The notes under the pieces: model-generated
The model's input: the letters and a program-made list of their open reading frames with translations, nothing else
The model's database searches: none
Told to the model about the DNA's origin: nothing
Shown: piece by piece, positions 58,831 to 64,000 of the stretch
Layout of the letters: each line of letters begins with the position of its first letter
How positions within the stretch are numbered: the stretch's first letter is position 1
Translations under genes and position numbers: made by a program
NCBI GenBank assembly: GCA_049320885.1
Contig: JBMORA010000029.1
Location: 1 to 64,000 of the forward strand
Direction: 5' to 3'
DNA from: Thermodesulfobacteriota bacterium
GTDB taxonomy: Bacteria > Desulfobacterota > Desulfobacteria > Desulfobacterales > SURF-7
Length of the DNA: 64,000 nucleotides

Positions 58831-59063
58831 TTATCCATAAATTCCGGGTTCCTGGACGTTACCACAGCCGCCGGGATAAAGCAACCGGTTACCCTCTGTT
58901 TGATCGTGGAGCGACAGGGTGAACCTCATTTATTTATATGAATGAAATCAAGTAACAATAATTCAGCAGAAGGGGGTCAAGGCACCGGACAGGGCACCAG
59001 GATGAGGATTGCAGAAAAATTATCGAAAAGCGAAGGATTCTTGCCATTTAAGACTTTCAAATG

Positions 59064-59092
59064 TTGACATCCCGTGTAAAAAAAAATATAGA
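59064..59092 (+). promoter_or_regulatory. Putative sigma70 promoter for the TPR-MglA cluster
   Basis: TTGACA, 17-bp spacer, TATAGA, in an AT-rich divergent intergenic region. Confidence 0.4.
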
Positions 59093-59265
59093 TAACAATC
59101 ACGCCAAGCCATTATTGGGTGCCAATGATTAATATTGTTTCTATGATTATAGTATGTTATAAGTAAAATCGGGCCGATGGCGGAAGCGGCATCAAGACGG
59201 GGAATGGCGATGGTTCAATTCAATGAGAATGCAGTGACGGCTGAAAGCGTTTCGAGGAATATGCA

Positions 59266-60177
59266 ATGACGAAAAAAATCAAAGCACTTTTGCAGCAGGC
59301 GGAGCTGTTTCGAAAACAGGGATTACTTGGTGATGCCCGGAAGCGCTACAAACTCGTAGAAGAAATGATCACCAAAAGCAGCAACTTGCCGAACAAAGAA
59401 AAATTGCTGGAAGGGCTTGCCAAAAAACTCGCTGCCCTGGATGATGATGTAAAAGCGGTTGAAAGCGCGCCTTCAACGCCGGAAATGTCCAGTCATGTAA
59501 ATGAACTGATCAAAAAATTGTTTTCCTTCGCCGCCAAAGACAAGGATGAAAATGACGCGGCTCTGGAGGGCGCCATCGCCCTGGCCAAATTCGGACAATT
59601 TGACGGCGCTCTGGAGGAATTCCATAAATTACTTCAAGTCATTTCGGTCCGGGTGGCTGCTGCTAAAAATATCCTGAGATGTCATCTGGAAATGGGCAAT
59701 CAAGAGGCCGCGCATTCGCAATTGGCCCAGTGGAAGGGGAGCGATCTTTTTTCCCAGGATCAATTTGAAAAAGTCACGGCTTTCTTTGAGGATATTCTGG
59801 ACAAAAAAGGCCTGAAGAAAGAAGCGCCGCCGGTTCCCGAGCCGGCCACCGAGACCCCGGGCATGGAAGAAGATGAAGAGGAAGAATTCCTCGACATCAG
59901 CGCCGTGGCGATTACATTTGACAGCGGGCCCCATAAGGGAGAGCAGGTGGAACTCGATGTCAGTTTTCAGTCCGGCAACGTGATCAGCCTGATCATTTCA
60001 AGCCGGGACGAGCATCTGATTGAAAGCCTGAAAGTCGGCGTCAGGCTGGATGATGTTCATTTCTATTCTCCAGTGGCCATTTTCAGGGGCTCCGGGGTTG
60101 TTTCTGCAAAAACACAGATTAAATCAGGACCTAAAAAAGGGGATTTCAGCATTGATATAAAAATTGAAAGCCTGTGA
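59266..60177 (+). CDS. Hypothetical protein with TPR-like helices, acidic linker and C-terminal beta domain
   Basis: GAGG RBS; AIALAKFGQFDGALEEF TPR-like; EEDEEEE linker; alternating beta-strand pattern at the C-terminus. Confidence 0.7.
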   Translation: MTKKIKALLQQAELFRKQGLLGDARKRYKLVEEMITKSSNLPNKEKLLEGLAKKLAALDDDVKAVESAPSTPEMSSHVNELIKKLFSFAAKDKDENDAALEGAIALAKFGQFDGALEEFHKLLQVISVRVAAAKNILRCHLEMGNQEAAHSQLAQWKGSDLFSQDQFEKVTAFFEDILDKKGLKKEAPPVPEPATETPGMEEDEEEEFLDISAVAITFDSGPHKGEQVELDVSFQSGNVISLIISSRDEHLIESLKVGVRLDDVHFYSPVAIFRGSGVVSAKTQIKSGPKKGDFSIDIKIESL

Positions 60178-60329
60178 GAAAACGGCTCCGTCATTCGGTG
60201 CCTTTTCTGGAAGAGCCATGTTTGTATGGAAAAAAGAAGGCATGCATGTGGATGATCCTTTTATAATCCTGCAAAATATGATAGCCTGGCAACAATACTT
60301 GTGGACAGGGATTTGGAGCTGAAACACAT

Positions 60330-60944
60330 ATGGCCGTTTTCAATATCAAAAAGCGCGAGATTGAATGCAAAATCGTCTACTATGGCCCGGGCAGATGCGG
60401 AAAAACAAGCAATCTCGAATATGTATTCAAGACATATAAAAAGCAGGTGGAAGGAGAAATGGTTTCGATCAATACCGAGGGTGATCGAACCCTTTTTTTT
60501 GACTTTCTGCCCATGGATCTGGGGAAAATCAAAGGGTGTGATGTCAGGGTGCAGTTGTTTACGGTTCCGGGGCAGGTGCAGTATGCATCGACCCGAAAAC
60601 TGGTTTTACGCGGAGTTGACGGCATTGTTTTCGTGGCGGATTCCCTCGACGTCCGGCGGGAAAAAAACATGCTGTCCCTGAAAGATCTGCAACAAAACTT
60701 GAAAGACTACGGTTTGAATATTTTCAAGGTACCCCTCGTCATGCAATATAACAAACGCGATCTCGCCGATGAGGGGATTCCGATCATGCCGCTGGAAAAA
60801 ATGGAGAAGGATCTCAACCGACAGTTGAAGGTCCCCTCCTTTCCCGCAAGTGCGGTTAAAGGGGAGGGCGTCGGCAAAACTCTCCAGGAATGTCTGAAAA
60901 TGACCCTGCAGTCACTACAAAAACAATTCAGCTGGGCACAATAA
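60330..60944 (+). CDS. mglA: MglA-family small Ras-like GTPase
   Basis: KIVYYGPGRCGKTSNL, DRTLFFDFL, TVPGQ, GVDGIVFVADS, QYNKRD, ASA. Confidence 0.9.
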   Translation: MAVFNIKKREIECKIVYYGPGRCGKTSNLEYVFKTYKKQVEGEMVSINTEGDRTLFFDFLPMDLGKIKGCDVRVQLFTVPGQVQYASTRKLVLRGVDGIVFVADSLDVRREKNMLSLKDLQQNLKDYGLNIFKVPLVMQYNKRDLADEGIPIMPLEKMEKDLNRQLKVPSFPASAVKGEGVGKTLQECLKMTLQSLQKQFSWAQ

Positions 60945-60951
60945 AAAAGGA

Positions 60952-62127
60952 ATGATGAAAAGCAGCTTCGCACTTGCCGGTTCGTTGGATTTCCTAAACC
61001 TGGGGGAATTGTTTCAGCTTCTCGGGGCGAACAACAGCACCGGTACGCTACGGATTATCAGCCGATATAAAGAAGAACCCGGTATCGTCTATTTCCAGAA
61101 GGGCAATCCCATCAATGCAACCGCCTCGGGCCTTTCCGGCCTGGAAGCCATTTATTCGTTGTTCGGATGGTCCGACGGTGAATTCGAATTCGTGCGTGAA
61201 CCGGTTGACCATAAAGTCGTTATCAAAAAGAACCGGATGGAAATCACCTTGGAAGGCATGAAAATGCTGGATGAAGGGCTGATCAGCCGGGTCGGACCCG
61301 TTTCCTTGGACAAACAACCCAGAATTCAGCTGGAAGGGGACGTCTCTCCCCTGGCGATTGTAAAGGGCCCCCTGGTGGATTATATGTATGTGGCGGACGA
61401 GGAAGATTATGCCGCCGGTGAAACCATCGTCAAACAAGGCCGCCATGGGAACTGGATCTGGGTGGTTCTGGACGGGATATTGGAAATCCGCAAGGAAACG
61501 CCGGGCGGCCAAGTTCCCATTCTTCGCATCGGTATCGGTTCCTTCATCGGCAGCATCGCATCCTTTTTAACCCAGGGAAGCGTGCGCGCCACAACGGTTG
61601 TCGCCATAACGAATGTGCAACTCGGGGTGCTCGATTCCCAACGCATTTCAAGAGAGAACGCCCTGTTTTCGGAAAATTTCAAGAAAATCGTCAAAAGCCT
61701 GGACAAGCGTTACAAACAATGCACGAATCTGGCTACGGACATTCGCCAGAAAAAACGCAAGACAGATGATTTTCTGGTGGGCAAGGAGCCGCTGATCCGG
61801 GAAGGGGAAAGCAAGGACGGACTTTTTCTGGTGGAACAGGGAAATGCATATGTCGCCAGAAAGACAGACAGGGGGTACCTCCCCCTCGCCCGGATAGAAG
61901 AAGGGGATTTCATCGGCCAGATGTCATTTCTTCAATTGGGTCATGAACCCAATTCGGCGGCAGTCTTCGCTTCCGAGGATTTGCAGCTGAAACAGCTTTC
62001 CAAGGAGGAAATCCAAAAAGAATACGAAGAGTTGTCTGTAACCATGAAAAATCTGATAGAAAACACGGCCACATCCATTTCAGCGCTGACAAAAACGACC
62101 TGCGATATGTACCTGAAAATCCGGTAG
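60952..62127 (+). CDS. DUF4388 plus two cyclic-nucleotide-binding-like domains
   Basis: LAGSLDFLNLGELFQLL..TGTL, W.DGEFEF; IVKQG..IWVVLDG...FIG..RATTV; IREGE..LFLVEQG...GDFIGQMS. Confidence 0.82.
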   Translation: MMKSSFALAGSLDFLNLGELFQLLGANNSTGTLRIISRYKEEPGIVYFQKGNPINATASGLSGLEAIYSLFGWSDGEFEFVREPVDHKVVIKKNRMEITLEGMKMLDEGLISRVGPVSLDKQPRIQLEGDVSPLAIVKGPLVDYMYVADEEDYAAGETIVKQGRHGNWIWVVLDGILEIRKETPGGQVPILRIGIGSFIGSIASFLTQGSVRATTVVAITNVQLGVLDSQRISRENALFSENFKKIVKSLDKRYKQCTNLATDIRQKKRKTDDFLVGKEPLIREGESKDGLFLVEQGNAYVARKTDRGYLPLARIEEGDFIGQMSFLQLGHEPNSAAVFASEDLQLKQLSKEEIQKEYEELSVTMKNLIENTATSISALTKTTCDMYLKIR

Positions 62128-62157
62128 TGATCTGATCCATTGGCTTCGTAACAGGGA

Positions 62158-62538
62158 GTGATGAGCATGAAGAAATTCATCGGGAGAAAACATGAAAGAA
62201 TCAATTCACTGAACCTGTTGAACTATTCCTGCGTGGATCAGAAAACCGAACAGATTATCCAGGGGATGGGCAGGACCTTGAATGTCAGTCAGGGAGGAAT
62301 CCTGCTGGAAACACGTGTACCGATGTACTCCCATTATTCCGTGGCCCTGACCATCGGGCTGGAAGATGAAATGATCGACATCGACGGCCAGGTGATCTAT
62401 TGCCGGGAAGGCGGCAAGGGGAAATATGAGTCCGGCATCGAATTCAAGAACATCAATGAAACCTCCCTGCGAATCTTGAACAAATATATCGTCGCATTCC
62501 GGGAACACCAGAAAAAAACCGGTGGGTCCGAATCCTGA
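62158..62538 (+). CDS. PilZ domain protein
   Basis: RKHER (RxxxR), NVSQGG (D/NxSxxG), GIEF. Confidence 0.88.
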   Translation: MMSMKKFIGRKHERINSLNLLNYSCVDQKTEQIIQGMGRTLNVSQGGILLETRVPMYSHYSVALTIGLEDEMIDIDGQVIYCREGGKGKYESGIEFKNINETSLRILNKYIVAFREHQKKTGGSES

Positions 62539-62673
62539 GGATTCCCGGGTTCGCCGCTGCGGAACCGGATGAATCATCGGTAACCATCTTCCCAATTCAA
62601 GACCGACAGGTCATTGCTCGCGATTCAGCGGGCGATCTGGAATTATAATAAATAGCGGGGGACTGGCAAAACC

Positions 62674-63570
62674 ATGTTGAAAAGTATACGCCAAACCAAT
62701 TTCGATGGGTTGGATCTGGTTAAAAGAGGAAAAGTGAGGGATGTCTATGATCTGGGGGACAGTCTGCTCATGGTGGCCACCGATCGGATATCGGCATTCG
62801 ACGTTGTCATGCCCGATCCGGTACCGGACAAGGGAATCATCCTGACGCAGATTTCCCTGTTCTGGTTTGACATGATGAAGCCGCTGGTGGATCATCATGT
62901 CATTACAGCCGATGTCAACGAATATCCCTCCCAATGCAAGCCTTACGCAGACATTCTGAAAGGCCGCAGCATGCTGGTTGCCAAGGCGGAACCCCTGTCC
63001 ATCGAATGTGTCGTCAGGGGCTATCTTTCGGGATCAGGATGGAAATCCTATCAGGAGACCCAATCCGTGTGCGGCATCAAACTGCCCAAGGGATTGCGTG
63101 AGTCGGACAAATTGCCCCAGCCGATTTTCACTCCATCGACAAAAGCGGATATGGGGGAACATGATATCAATATCGATTTTGAGGAAGCCGCCAGTCGGGT
63201 TGGTCTGGAAAGAGCCAGCCAGGTAGCGTCCCTGAGTCTGGACATCTACCGCAAAGGTGTTGAATACGCGGCCACCAAGGGCATCCTGATCGCGGATACG
63301 AAATTCGAATTCGGAATCGTCGATGACCGGATCATCCTGATCGATGAAATCCTCACCCCGGATTCCTCCCGGTTCTGGCCGAAAGCCGCTTACCAGCCGG
63401 GCGGTCCCCAGAAAAGCTACGACAAACAGTACGTCAGGGATTATCTATTGACCCTTGACTGGGACAAAACCCCGCCTGGTCCCGAACTTCCTGCGGATGT
63501 GATCGAGCAGACACGGAAAAAATACGTCGAAGCCCTGTCTGCCCTGACCGGCGTGGACTATGGACTATAG
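62674..63570 (+). CDS. purC: Phosphoribosylaminoimidazolesuccinocarboxamide synthase
   Basis: [42 protein letters not shown]. Confidence 0.97.
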   Translation: MLKSIRQTNFDGLDLVKRGKVRDVYDLGDSLLMVATDRISAFDVVMPDPVPDKGIILTQISLFWFDMMKPLVDHHVITADVNEYPSQCKPYADILKGRSMLVAKAEPLSIECVVRGYLSGSGWKSYQETQSVCGIKLPKGLRESDKLPQPIFTPSTKADMGEHDINIDFEEAASRVGLERASQVASLSLDIYRKGVEYAATKGILIADTKFEFGIVDDRIILIDEILTPDSSRFWPKAAYQPGGPQKSYDKQYVRDYLLTLDWDKTPPGPELPADVIEQTRKKYVEALSALTGVDYGL

Positions 63571-64000
63571 GACCCATGGAATCCTGCTGGCATCCATCGA
63601 CACAACCGATGAACGATTCCGGATTTCCACTTGCCGGGATTGTCAAGACCTTCTGGAATCAATCGCCATCCTGGGAATCATCCGTCCGCCCTTGCTTCTG
63701 AAAACAAGGGTGGACGGATGTATTGTCGTCAGCGGCTGGAGACGCATCGAGGCCTGTAAACAGCTGGGGCATTTCCGCATGGAGGCCAGAATCCTGCCGG
63801 CGGAAACTCCGGCCTTTGAATGTGCGAAGCTGGCCGTGGCGGAAAATTCGCTCCAGCGCCCCTTGAATACCCTGGAACAGTCCCATGCATTCCGAATCCT
63901 GGCGTCGCATGTGAATGATCCGGAAGAACGTTTTCGGTTGTATCGTTTATTGCGTCTTCCCCACCACCCATCCATGGTCGCGAAAATCCAAACCGTCTGT
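63560..64000 (+). CDS. ParB/Srx N-terminal domain protein, 3'-truncated by the window edge (not in the ORF track)
   Basis: My translation: [23 protein letters not shown]...[16 protein letters not shown]...[16 protein letters not shown]...[15 protein letters not shown]. Overlaps the purC stop. Confidence 0.8.
   Translation, partial: MDYRTHGILLASIDTTDERFRISTCRDCQDLLESIAILGIIRPPLLLKTRVDGCIVVSGWRRIEACKQLGHFRMEARILPAETPAFECAKLAVAENSLQRPLNTLEQSHAFRILASHVNDPEERFRLYRLLRLPHHPSMVAKIQTVC

Overview
A gene-dense, GC-rich chromosomal window, probably from a Desulfobacterota (deltaproteobacterial) anaerobe; this is inferred from gene content (AbfD-like dehydratase, dehydratase activase, MglA, DUF4388 and DUF6160-type proteins). 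I support about 50 CDSs and saw no rRNA, tRNA, CRISPR array, transposase or integrase. Housekeeping and repair genes are recC-recB-recD, ispF-cysS-uvrB-uvrC, mdh, purC, an rlhA-like U32 gene, pldA, an amino-acid ABC transporter, exeA/exeB-like genes and a MoxR/VWA pair. The most notable loci are: (1) a lexA - DUF72 - catalytically dead Y-family polymerase - dnaE2 mutagenesis cassette with DUF72 where imuA normally sits, preceded by a triple 12-bp-period direct repeat that is a candidate LexA operator; (2) an orphan pseudopilin co-transcribed with a membrane HAMP-GAF-HD-GYP phosphodiesterase; (3) an MglB-less MglA GTPase module with TPR, DUF4388-cNMP and PilZ partners; (4) a stand-alone YcaO gene tightly coupled between abfD and recCBD; (5) a fusion of a permuted DHH-like domain to a degenerate CPBP membrane domain. 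All family assignments come from motif recognition by eye, without database searches. Several start codons were moved relative to the ORF track.
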